Under the pieces are notes generated by a model. The model saw only the letters and a program-made list of their open reading frames with translations, was not told the origin of the DNA and did not search any database. From NCBI RefSeq assembly GCF_003515775.1, contig NZ_QWEI01000009.1, positions 73,381 through 105,380 of the forward strand: a DNA stretch of 32,000 bases, read 5' to 3'. The stretch's first letter is position 1. Every line of letters starts with the position of its first letter. A program made the position numbers and the translations under genes. Of this stretch, positions 24,615 through 32,000 are shown piece by piece. Origin of the DNA: Ureibacillus yapensis (GTDB lineage: Bacteria > Bacillota > Bacilli > Bacillales_A > Planococcaceae).

Positions 24615-25868
24615 TTATCTATTAAAACCTTTTTGATGCAACCGGTAAATTACAGCGGCCATTTGTGCTCTTGTAGTGAAATCATTAGGGCCAAATCGTC
24701 CATCGGAATAGCCATCCATAATTCCTTCTTGTTTCATAGTTTCAATCGCTATGTATGCCCAAAAATTTTTGCCTACATCTTTATATGAATTCATGCGATT
24801 GTTCGCAGATTGGCTATAAAAACCGGCACTATAAAAGAGCTGTGCCATTTGCGCTCTTGTTAATACGGTATTAGGGGAAAAACGCCCATCGCCAACACCA
24901 TTCATTATTTTATGTTGCGCTACCAAACTAATCGGTTTTAATGCCCAAAAGCCATCATCGACATCTTTGAATGAAATTCCTTCATTTGTTGGAGACAGCG
25001 CTAAAAAGTTGCTCATAATGGCAGCGGCTTGCGCTCTGGTTAAAGAATTGCTCGGCTTATATGTTCGATCCGGATAACCGGATATCCAACCCTTATCTGC
25101 TATAAACAGGATTTGTTCTTCGGCCCAATGTCCAGCTACGTCTTTAAATTTTCTTTTATCATATTGATATAAATCCCACTCATCCATCCTTGAGCCTACT
25201 ATATTTCGATAGTATTCCCCGCCCAAATGGTTATACCCCGCATTGGCAATGTCGTAAAGATATTGTTTGGATGCCTGCTCAAAACTCCATCCACTTTTGA
25301 CTCTTTCTTCATAATTTGTTTTTGCGAAACCATATCTTTGATTTAATAGCAAGTTCCCAGCCAAATAATCAACCGCTTCTTTATAGGAAGAGAAGGCACG
25401 ATACCAGTTATCCCTTCTTTTGCCTTCATCGAATACCTTTCGATTTTCTCCATAATCGGCTAAAACAGGAACCGGTTCATAGTCCTCATCTGGTTGCCCC
25501 TTAAGTTGCCACGCATTATTCGGATTAACTCCCCATACCTTAATTCCGAATATGTTATTGGCATTTATGGCAATTCTCGTTGTTCCATATCCGCTTTCAA
25601 GAATGGCCATTCCAATAACTACACTGGCCGGGATTCCCCACTCTTCATTTGCTTGCATTGCGTAGACAGCAATTTTATCAACAAACGCCTCTTTCATTTG
25701 CGTGGATGGAACACCGTATATAGATAAATAAGCATGACTATTTCTCCCTAACTTTTTATCTTCAAATGGCAAGAGATTAACGCCATTTGCACTTGATATC
25801 AGCGGGTTTATAGTTGTAAATAACAATAAAAATATAAGCAGTCTCCCAACTCTTGTTGCATTTGCCAA
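24615..25868 (-). CDS. secreted GH73 N-acetylglucosaminidase with three C-terminal SLH domains
   Basis: Signal peptide; glucosaminidase motif AILESGYGTT...NNIFGIK; three SLH repeats (FKDVAGHWA.., FKDVDDGFWA.., YKDVGKNFWA.., each ending TRAQ). TTG start 8 nt after AAGGGAG. Confidence 0.9.
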   Translation of the reverse strand: MANATRVGRLLIFLLLFTTINPLISSANGVNLLPFEDKKLGRNSHAYLSIYGVPSTQMKEAFVDKIAVYAMQANEEWGIPASVVIGMAILESGYGTTRIAINANNIFGIKVWGVNPNNAWQLKGQPDEDYEPVPVLADYGENRKVFDEGKRRDNWYRAFSSYKEAVDYLAGNLLLNQRYGFAKTNYEERVKSGWSFEQASKQYLYDIANAGYNHLGGEYYRNIVGSRMDEWDLYQYDKRKFKDVAGHWAEEQILFIADKGWISGYPDRTYKPSNSLTRAQAAAIMSNFLALSPTNEGISFKDVDDGFWALKPISLVAQHKIMNGVGDGRFSPNTVLTRAQMAQLFYSAGFYSQSANNRMNSYKDVGKNFWAYIAIETMKQEGIMDGYSDGRFGPNDFTTRAQMAAVIYRLHQKGFNR

Positions 25869-26021
25869 TGATATAACTCCCTTATATTAAACTTATAGTC
25901 TCAAACTATATCATTATAGTAGCAGTTTTTTATTACCAATAGAGGATAAATCAACATTTATATAGTCCAATTAATGGGTGTGTTCCCAGTAAATTCATCC
26001 CCCAATTCTCAGATGAGCTAA

Positions 26022-26060
26022 ACAAAAAAACCACCATTCATCCTTTTGGACAATGATGGT
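26022..26060 (-). terminator. intrinsic terminator of the AraC-family gene
   Basis: Minus strand reads ACCATCATT-13 nt-AATGGTGGT followed by TTTTTTTGTT. Confidence 0.7.
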
Positions 26061-26139
26061 TTCTTGTACATTTTATGGTCTATTTCTTCTGATTGGTTCT
26101 CTTTAATGAACTGTTTGTTGCTTACCTTCTCCATAAGGA

Positions 26140-27030
26140 CTATAATTCACTAAAATCTAAATTGCTTGGTTGTTTTGGCAGATGTTCAACGTTAAGCATA
26201 TTAGTTGTAGGTACTTTTTCCGTTACTTCTTCAAAACGGAATCCATCTGACCAAACCTTTCCTTCGCCAATCAGTAAAACACCAAAGTGGATAGAAGAGC
26301 TATCTTCAGGAACATCTAACACGATTGAATAGTGATTCCAATCTGTGGTTCCCTGAATGGATCGATTATCCATATTATCAAATTGAATCGTATCTCCAGC
26401 GGCATTATCAATACGAAGCCAAGCACCGCATTTAAGCACATTCTCCGTTTTTAAGAAACATGAAAGCTTTAATCGTTTTCCCTTGTAGCCATGTGCTTGG
26501 AAACCTTGCATCATTGTAGCGAAGTGTTGCGAGTTTGCTTCACTTTTTGCATAAAGCAGCCCTGATTTTGTTCCTGTATGAAAAACATTGGAGTCTACTG
26601 TTAATTCATACAGTTCAGGGTTAGATCCACTTAAACCCCAGCCTTTAATTTGTTTACTTTGATTCATTTCTTTCTCATCCTCCATCATTCGTACGACTTT
26701 TATAAGCTTTCGATATTTTCCCGGTGGCAAGGCGTACACTTCTTTAAACGCTCTTGTAAACGCCTCTTGAGATTGAAAGTGAAATAAGAAAGCAATCGTC
26801 AATATAGATTCATCGGTATGCAATAGCAGCGCAGAAGCCGTCGCTAATCGCTGTTGACGTATATATTCGCCAATTGACATACCTGTTTCTTGCTTGAAAA
26901 TACGCAGTAAATGATATTTTGAGTAACCAATAATCGTTGGAAAAGTATCCAGTTGAATATCGTCCGTCAGATTGCTTTCAATAAATGAAATTACTCTTTG
27001 CGTTACGTCACTGTAATACAACTTGCTCAC
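26140..27030 (-). CDS. AraC-family transcriptional regulator with an N-terminal HTH and an unassigned beta-rich C-terminal domain
   Basis: Double HTH (YSKYHLLRIFKQETGMSIGEYIRQQRL ... FQSQEAFTRAFKEVYALPPGKYRK). The C-terminal 170 aa or so (GAWLRIDNAAGDTIQFDNMDNRSIQGTTDWNHYSIVLDVP) is not GyrI-like. Start is either a GTG inside GAGGTG or a TTG 9 nt downstream. Confidence 0.85.
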   Translation of the reverse strand: MSKLYYSDVTQRVISFIESNLTDDIQLDTFPTIIGYSKYHLLRIFKQETGMSIGEYIRQQRLATASALLLHTDESILTIAFLFHFQSQEAFTRAFKEVYALPPGKYRKLIKVVRMMEDEKEMNQSKQIKGWGLSGSNPELYELTVDSNVFHTGTKSGLLYAKSEANSQHFATMMQGFQAHGYKGKRLKLSCFLKTENVLKCGAWLRIDNAAGDTIQFDNMDNRSIQGTTDWNHYSIVLDVPEDSSSIHFGVLLIGEGKVWSDGFRFEEVTEKVPTTNMLNVEHLPKQPSNLDFSEL

Positions 27031-27134
27031 CTCAAAGTCATCATACCGAATGAAGAGAATCTTTTTTTGATCAATCTTGCTAAAGAGATTACTCGTTGCT
27101 TAAATTCATACATTTATTTTAGTTTTCTATAAAG

Positions 27135-27208
27135 AGTTGTCCCAGATCATTTCTCTATTCATGAAGACAGACGTATCCCTTATTTAGAAAAGCACCCAAT
27201 TGCAAAAG
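27135..27208 (-). repeat. dispersed hairpin repeat, long form with an 11-nt insertion
   Basis: gttgtccc-(agatcatttct)-ctattcatgaagacaga-cgtatcccttatttagaaaagcaccc-aattgcaaaag. Closest to copy 23829. Confidence 0.65.
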
Positions 27209-27320
27209 ATTGTGATTTAAAACCATTTGGTAAAAATTTAAAAATTAAAGTGTCTATTTTTTTAAAGCATGCTAAATTCGAGATGTATCAAACAAGTAAA
27301 AATAAGAAAGGAAGATAATA

Positions 27321-27770
27321 ATAAAATTTAAAGTTGAAACATTTCCAAACTATCGCATTGCTTATATAAGAAGAATTGGCCCCTATGGACCTGACAATAT
27401 TGAAGCAATGGAGTATATAAAAAAATGGGCTAAAGAGAAAAATCTTCTTGAATCTGCAACATTATTTGCTATTCCACAAGATCGTCCAGAAACAACACTT
27501 CCTGATAACTGTAGATTTGATGCTTGCATTGTAATTCCAAATGATTATGATGTGGATAATTCCGTTCTGGAGGGTGAAATTCTCGGTGGAAAGTATCTTG
27601 TTTACGAAGTGAAGCATACTGCAGATGCAATTCAAAAAGCGTATCATGAAATCTATCAATCACTTCAAAGTAATGGATATGAAATGGATAACAAACCAAT
27701 ATTGGAAAAATACACTGGAGATATGACTGGCAATCCTTCTTGCGAAATATGTGTTCCTGTTAAACCGTAA
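27321..27770 (+). CDS. GyrI-like small-molecule-binding domain protein; canonical start codon missing (ATA at the expected position)
   Basis: The track ORF starts at M27408, but the frame is open from 27306 and encodes KFKVETFPNYRIAYIRRIGPYGP, the conserved GyrI-like N-terminus. AAAGGAAG lies 6 nt before ATA at 27321. No ATG, GTG or TTG occurs in frame before 27408. Confidence 0.65.
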   Translation: MKFKVETFPNYRIAYIRRIGPYGPDNIEAMEYIKKWAKEKNLLESATLFAIPQDRPETTLPDNCRFDACIVIPNDYDVDNSVLEGEILGGKYLVYEVKHTADAIQKAYHEIYQSLQSNGYEMDNKPILEKYTGDMTGNPSCEICVPVKP

Positions 27771-27819
27771 TACCCAAGAATTCTTTACTTGTTTGATACA
27801 ATTTTAAACTGAGGAAAAG

Positions 27820-27880
27820 AAGGTCTTAAACATAACGAAACCATGCACAATTCTTGCTGAGAATCACGCTATTTATTGCA
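27820..27880 (-). repeat. dispersed hairpin repeat, degenerate copy
   Basis: aaggtc-ttaaacataacgaaaccat-GCACAATTC-ttgctga-GAATCACGC-tatttattgc. Lies 28 nt downstream of the stop of 27908..28471. Confidence 0.55.
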
Positions 27881-27907
27881 ATAATCAGATATATCAACAT
27901 ATGTAAA

Positions 27908-28471
27908 TTAGCCTTTGTATTTGTTGCTGCCCGGGAGTTCTTTTATTTTATTCCAAGCTTTAATTGCTTCTTCTCGATTTTTGCCTTTGTTTAGTGGATC
28001 CGCAAAATAGTCTCTAATAAACTGATTGTATTCAAATTGTGAGCTTATTTCTTTTTTGTACGAGGGGTCTTTTTTTCTTTCCTCTTCTTCATACCATGCA
28101 TTGACAACGTCCCGATATGTTTTTCCTACATTTTCTCTAAAATAATTTTGAATATAGGTGGAGAAATGAAATTTTGGAATCTGTGACTTAAAGAAGGCTC
28201 TTACAGCTTGACTACAACGGTGATTTTCTGTTATGACCGTATCTAAATTTAAATCTGTTGATATCACTTCCTTTGAAGGAGACTTTCTTTTCTTCAGCGT
28301 CTTCTGTATTTCTCCGGTTAAAAGAAAAGCAGCTATCCTATTTGAAATTTCAGTTTTTGAACCAGAAGCATTTATCCCATGCTCCCTGCAAAAGGTTTGT
28401 AATTCTTCTTTTAACCAATAAAAATTGAGAAAGTCTTGTACATTCAAATCCTTTTTTAGTTCGGGCCTCAA
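27908..28471 (-). CDS. SAP-domain protein (DUF6434-like N-terminus)
   Basis: FYWLKEELQTFCREHGINASGSKTEISNRIAAFLLTGE is a SAP motif. Start moved to a TTG 5 nt after GGAGGTGA, giving (M)RPELKK. Confidence 0.75.
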   Translation of the reverse strand: MRPELKKDLNVQDFLNFYWLKEELQTFCREHGINASGSKTEISNRIAAFLLTGEIQKTLKKRKSPSKEVISTDLNLDTVITENHRCSQAVRAFFKSQIPKFHFSTYIQNYFRENVGKTYRDVVNAWYEEEERKKDPSYKKEISSQFEYNQFIRDYFADPLNKGKNREEAIKAWNKIKELPGSNKYKG

Positions 28472-28517
28472 GAATTTCACCTCCATTTCGAGTTAGTACC
28501 ATTATTGATTCTAAAAG

Positions 28518-28802
28518 TTAGTTTTTATAAATATCGTTAGATGACAGCCATTTTAAAAAATGTTGATACGGATAATATGTAGTCCCTTTCAACTCAACTT
28601 TTGGTGCATCGGGATATTTACTTAGCAGATCGCTCACTTCTTCTTTACTTAATCCTAAATAAAGATACAACTCATTTTCTTTTATTAATGCGGGATATCC
28701 TGAGGAACTCCCTTTTGGATTTTTAAAGTTCTTCAATCCATCTCCTATAAAATAGCCCAAAGCTGCTAACCCTACAGCTATCCAGAAAAAATTTATATCC
28801 AT
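28518..28802 (-). CDS. hypothetical membrane-anchored small protein
   Basis: 94 aa with an N-terminal TM segment (FFWIAVGLAALGYFIG). Strong RBS GGGAGGGGGG 6 nt upstream. Confidence 0.6.
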   Translation of the reverse strand: MDINFFWIAVGLAALGYFIGDGLKNFKNPKGSSSGYPALIKENELYLYLGLSKEEVSDLLSKYPDAPKVELKGTTYYPYQHFLKWLSSNDIYKN

Positions 28803-28886
28803 TTTTAACCCCCCTCCCTATTAAATGTTAACTGTAATACGAATTAATTTGAGAAAAGTTCCTTAAATATATTTTTTACTTGCTTA

Positions 28887-28913
28887 GTTAAATGGCCTGA
28901 TTGCTAAAGAAGG
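28887..28913 (-). repeat. dispersed repeat, short form
   Basis: TTAAATGGCCTGATTGCTAAAGAAGG is the left-end variant ATTAAATGGCC joined directly to the right arm GATTGCT. Confidence 0.65.
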
Positions 28914-28936
28914 CAATGCTAACAAGATATAAGCTA

Positions 28937-28995
28937 TAGGTGCCCAATTAAAAAAAGACACAATTCTTCATTAAGAATTGCGCCCTATTCTGGAA
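28937..28995 (-). repeat. dispersed hairpin repeat, long form
   Basis: aggtgccc-aattaaaaaaaga-CACAATTC-ttcatta-AGAATTGCG-ccc-tattctgg. Gives U7 on the minus strand. Contains the stop codon of the 51-aa ORF. Confidence 0.8.
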
Positions 28996-29140
28996 TTAGC
29001 TTCTGCATAATATCTTCAAATTTTATATATTCAGATTTCATTTTCCCTTTAATTATTTCCATAATTTTTTTAGCTTCTTCTCTTGAATAGCCTTGTAAAA
29101 TCAACTGACAATAAGCATACAAATATTCTTCACTAGTCAT
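28985..29140 (-). CDS. possible 51-aa small protein, below the track threshold
   Basis: Uninterrupted ORF MTSEEYLYAYCQLILQGYSREEAKKIMEIIKGKMKSEYIKFEDIMQKLIPE. No convincing SD. Confidence 0.3.
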   Translation of the reverse strand: MTSEEYLYAYCQLILQGYSREEAKKIMEIIKGKMKSEYIKFEDIMQKLIPE

Positions 29141-29285
29141 TTCAGCCACAAATGTCAACCTTTCTTATTTTGCAATTTAATTCAAATAAAAACGATCATT
29201 GTTGAAGATGTTTACTAATAAAAACAAATTATACTCGAATTACGCCAGGTTGCAATATACGAAAAGCCACTCGTATTCCATTTTA

Positions 29286-29316
29286 GTAAAGGACAATTTT
29301 CTTAAAAAGTTGCACC
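29286..29316 (-). repeat. hairpin module of the repeat family (first of a tandem pair)
   Basis: gtaaaggaCAATTTTcttaAAAAGTTGcacc. Confidence 0.5.
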
Positions 29317-29383
29317 TGAATTTGGCTCTTTTCATGTACAAAGACACCTTTCTTTCTACAAGGCTGCACCTTTAGTTTGATTC
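29317..29383 (-). repeat. dispersed hairpin repeat, long form (diverged)
   Basis: tgaatttggctc-ttttcatgtacaaaga-caccttt-ctttctac-aaggctgcacc-tttagtttgattc. Confidence 0.6.
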
Positions 29384-29440
29384 ATTTTCTATCTTTAAAA
29401 TAATCTCTTATTCACTAAACAATCGATAAGCCTAAAATTA

Positions 29441-29469
29441 GACATAACATTTAACAAAAATACATACTA
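29441..29469 (+). promoter_or_regulatory. candidate forespore (sigmaG/F-type) promoter
   Basis: The -10 CATACTA matches CATxxTA. The -35 region GACATA at N16 is imperfect. Confidence 0.35.
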
Positions 29470-29510
29470 AGGACACCACGTGGCAAACTAAAAACATGGA
29501 GGTGTATATA

Positions 29511-29666
29511 GTGAGTAACAGTCCGAAGAACAAATTAAATGGGACCGCTAGTGATGAGCAAGCAGTAAGGAAGAATTTATCAAGGGAGTTTGATCATGAA
29601 CTTGCAAACGAACCCTTGACACCGGCAGAGAGATATAATAATAAGAAAACTAAGAAGCGGCAATGA
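29511..29666 (+). CDS. sspO: small acid-soluble spore protein, SspO (CotK)-like
   Basis: 51-aa ORF missed by the track. GTG start 6 nt after GGAGGTG. The C-terminus ..EPLTPAERYNNKKTKKRQ parallels B. subtilis SspO ..LTxEERQNNKKRKxNQ (from memory). Confidence 0.65.
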   Translation: MSNSPKNKLNGTASDEQAVRKNLSREFDHELANEPLTPAERYNNKKTKKRQ

Positions 29667-29739
29667 TGCCGCTAGACAAATTGACACAGTGATCAACAAC
29701 ATTGCTAATTAAGCGTATCGTCTTATCAAACTGATACAA

Positions 29740-29775
29740 CAAGCCCCCATCCATAGTAAGATGGGGGCTTGTTGA
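29740..29775. terminator. hairpin terminator between convergent sspO-like and NCS1 genes
   Basis: CAAGCCCCCATC-catagtaa-GATGGGGGCTTG (12 bp). Weak T tails on both sides. Confidence 0.6.
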
Positions 29776-29859
29776 CGCTTATAAATATAATGACCAATTC
29801 AGAATATATAACCGGGTACCATTAAGAACCGCATGAGATATATTCTTCGCGAAAAATAT

Positions 29860-31248
29860 TTATTTCTCGAAAATCGTTCCTCTTTTAAAGGCTGAATTCT
29901 TAAAGGCATATTTCGAAAGTAGATAGTAAGCTATTCCTGCTACTACTAAACCAATAATCCATGCAAGGTCTACCTCAATAAACGCAGCGGCTGCACCAAT
30001 CAACATCGCAAGCAAAGCTGCTGGATTATATCCGGCAAGAGCACCTTGATCATTGTATAATTCCGAAATATTCACTTTCTGTTTTCTTAAAATATAATAT
30101 TCGACTAAGAGTATGGAGACAACCGGACCTAAAAATGCAGAGTAAATGAGAACGAACATATTTAACCCTTTAGCCGATGACTCTTGTACAAGCAGCCAAG
30201 GGAACGCACATAGAGCAAGCAACCCTGTAATCGTTACAGAGATTCTATATTTTAAGCCTGTCAGTAATGTAATTACATAGGCTGGTGGAACAACGTTTGC
30301 TACCATGTTTGTCGCAATTACTGTAAAGACGATAAATAGAGATACACCTGCTGAAATATAAGGATTTTCGATGACCATTGGAAGTGCGATTGCAGGATTC
30401 GTCACCCCTGTCGCTGAAGCTAGCATTGCACCAATAACAATTACAAAACCATATGAAATCGTAATCGGAACAAAGTATAATAATCCGCGTTTCTTATCGC
30501 TAATCCCCGTTTTCAGCTCTCTGGAATAGTCTGCAGCACTTACAAAGATCCCAGCATAATTCCCTAAAAAGACCATAATGAGCCCGAAGAATGGCAGTCC
30601 CCATGAACCTTCCGCTCGTACCCAGTTTTGAGTAATTTCAGTACTATAAGAAGTTACAAGGATTCCAAACACGTAAATAAGTCCTATCATAAAAATAATG
30701 GATGCCAGTGTTTCTACCCATTTAATCGCATGGAAGCCAAATAGCGAGATTACAATCTGAATTGCTTGAAGGGCTACGAAGCAGACAAAAACATTATCAA
30801 ATGATCCATTTGTAACAATCTTCAAAAATTCATTTAAAGCAGTACCGCCAATCCAACTTTGAATACCGTACCAGACGATTGCCGGTATACCGCGCAATAA
30901 TGAAGAAATCACTGTTCCTTTTGTTCCGAAAGACATTCTTAGCTGTACAACGTATGGAATACCTGTTTTATAGCCTAGTCGATCATTTAAAGAAAAAATA
31001 GTTGAAATGATTCCAATTGCAAGCAAAGCGGCAAGTATTGTCTGATAGATATTTAACGTTGCCAGTCCCGCTACAATTACACTGGCTCCCAGCGTCATAT
31101 TTCCTATATTGACCCCATCGCCAATCCACATAAAGATATAATCTCTTGGCTTTACGGTCCTATCATCAACGGATTTGGGATGTAATGATTCATCCATTGC
31201 AGTGAGCTTCGCGTTTTTATCGTCATGACTTTCACTTTTTACCGACAT
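29860..31248 (-). CDS. NCS1-family nucleobase/allantoin/hydantoin:cation symporter
   Basis: 12-TM profile; N-terminal ...PRDYIFMWIGDGVNIGNMTLGA is typical of NCS1. Start moved to MSVKSE, 5 nt after GGAGTG. Confidence 0.9.
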   Translation of the reverse strand: MSVKSESHDDKNAKLTAMDESLHPKSVDDRTVKPRDYIFMWIGDGVNIGNMTLGASVIVAGLATLNIYQTILAALLAIGIISTIFSLNDRLGYKTGIPYVVQLRMSFGTKGTVISSLLRGIPAIVWYGIQSWIGGTALNEFLKIVTNGSFDNVFVCFVALQAIQIVISLFGFHAIKWVETLASIIFMIGLIYVFGILVTSYSTEITQNWVRAEGSWGLPFFGLIMVFLGNYAGIFVSAADYSRELKTGISDKKRGLLYFVPITISYGFVIVIGAMLASATGVTNPAIALPMVIENPYISAGVSLFIVFTVIATNMVANVVPPAYVITLLTGLKYRISVTITGLLALCAFPWLLVQESSAKGLNMFVLIYSAFLGPVVSILLVEYYILRKQKVNISELYNDQGALAGYNPAALLAMLIGAAAAFIEVDLAWIIGLVVAGIAYYLLSKYAFKNSAFKRGTIFEK

Positions 31249-31491
31249 ATATGCACTCCGCACTCCTTTTTACCTTATCCATTGTCGTATGATGTTTTTA
31301 GGGCTAAGTTTTTTCCGATAAATAAAAGTTTAACCTGTTACCTTTTATTTATCCTGTTATACATAGTCTTTTTCATTTGGAGTGATATTTTTCTGCCTAT
31401 AATTAGGCATTTACTTTAACGCACATATTTGATTAATTAAAAAAACAATAACATAGATTAAGTTGCTTTCTAAAAAAGAAAAACAATCTCC

Positions 31492-32000
31492 TTAGTGAAA
31501 GGATTGAGCAGTAGCTATGGGATGAAGTACCCCATCCAGCGCAAAGGAAACTCTGCCTGTTTCTTCTGACACAACAAGTACAAGAGCATCGCTTTTCTCT
31601 GATAAACCTATCGCGGCACGGTGACGAGTGCCAAGTTTTTTTCCGCTTATAACTGCAGTTGTTAAGGGGAGGACGTTTGCGGCTGAAACGATTTGATTAC
31701 CACAAATCAGCACGGCACCATCATGAAGGGGGTTGCCTGGATAAAAGATAGCTTCTAGCAATGCAGGCGTTAAAGTACCCCCTATTGGTATTCCTTTTTG
31801 AATAAAAGAATCAAGCGGATCTTGCCGCTGCACCACTATCAACGCACCATGTCTACGATCGGAAAGTTGCTGAACGCTGTTGGAAAGCTCTATATATTTA
31901 TCTGTAAAAGCTGATAAATAACACTGTAAGTAAAAGGAAGCTGCTACTGACTCCATTTGAATAAATTTTTCTTTAATTTGCTCTAGTTTCCCTAAGAGAC
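31492..32000 (-). CDS. cdaS: diadenylate cyclase, CdaS (YojJ)-like; 5' end beyond the window
   Basis: DAC domain with HDGAV and GTRHRAA motifs. The reading frame stays open upstream of M31956 to the window edge (..LLGKLEQIKEKFIQ), consistent with the N-terminal helices of CdaS. Confidence 0.8.
   Translation of the reverse strand, partial: LLGKLEQIKEKFIQMESVAASFYLQCYLSAFTDKYIELSNSVQQLSDRRHGALIVVQRQDPLDSFIQKGIPIGGTLTPALLEAIFYPGNPLHDGAVLICGNQIVSAANVLPLTTAVISGKKLGTRHRAAIGLSEKSDALVLVVSEETGRVSFALDGVLHPIATAQSFH

Noticed and set aside
892-29383. The repeats could be integron attC sites flanking gene cassettes. The short form begins GTTCAAC (fits RYYYAAC) and some copies end GTTGAAC or GTTGAGT (fit GTTRRRY). 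The genes are also co-oriented, each with a repeat at its 3' end.
   Set aside because: There is no integrase or attI in the window. The flanked genes include ordinary housekeeping operons with their own promoters and RBSs. Many copies do not fit GTTRRRY. Spacing and gene sizes are unlike cassette arrays. The idea is kept only as a low-probability alternative, to be tested by searching the genome for intI.
892-29383. The repeated hairpins could form a CRISPR array.
   Set aside because: The copies are kilobases apart and separated by genes. They are not identical, show no regular repeat-spacer periodicity, and no cas genes are present.

Overview
Low-GC chromosomal segment from a spore-forming, Bacillaceae-type Firmicute. 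This assignment rests on SASP-like genes, a CdaS-like cyclase, an SLH-domain autolysin and GGAGG-type ribosome-binding sites. About 30 of 34 coding features are on the minus strand. Recognisable content, in order: a Zn-dependent alcohol dehydrogenase and an NAD(P)H-binding oxidoreductase; a translationally coupled operon of ECF sigma, PadR-like protein and SEDS (FtsW/RodA) protein; a polysaccharide deacetylase; a class-C-like serine hydrolase; a partly decayed hexuronate block (GntR/FadR regulator, uxuA pseudogene, GPH transporter, uxaC); gene remnants; a GNAT; a YfcC-family transporter; a YeeE/YedE sulfur transporter; a Cache-GGDEF diguanylate cyclase; a GH73 glucosaminidase with 3 SLH repeats; an AraC regulator divergent from a GyrI-like gene; a SAP-domain protein; an SspO-like SASP missed by the ORF track; an NCS1 permease; and a partial CdaS-like diadenylate cyclase. 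The most unusual signal is non-coding. A dispersed intergenic hairpin repeat of about 55-70 nt occurs about 20 times, always in one orientation. Its ends are inverted repeats, its stem shows compensatory changes, and three short forms lack the hairpin core. On the minus strand several copies read as intrinsic terminators. A conserved extended -10 19-mer sits next to some copies. The second notable item is the sigma/PadR-like/SEDS module, where the SEDS protein carries an N-terminal cytoplasmic helical domain of the kind that normally partners PadR regulators. All family calls come from motif recognition by eye. No database search or folding computation was run.
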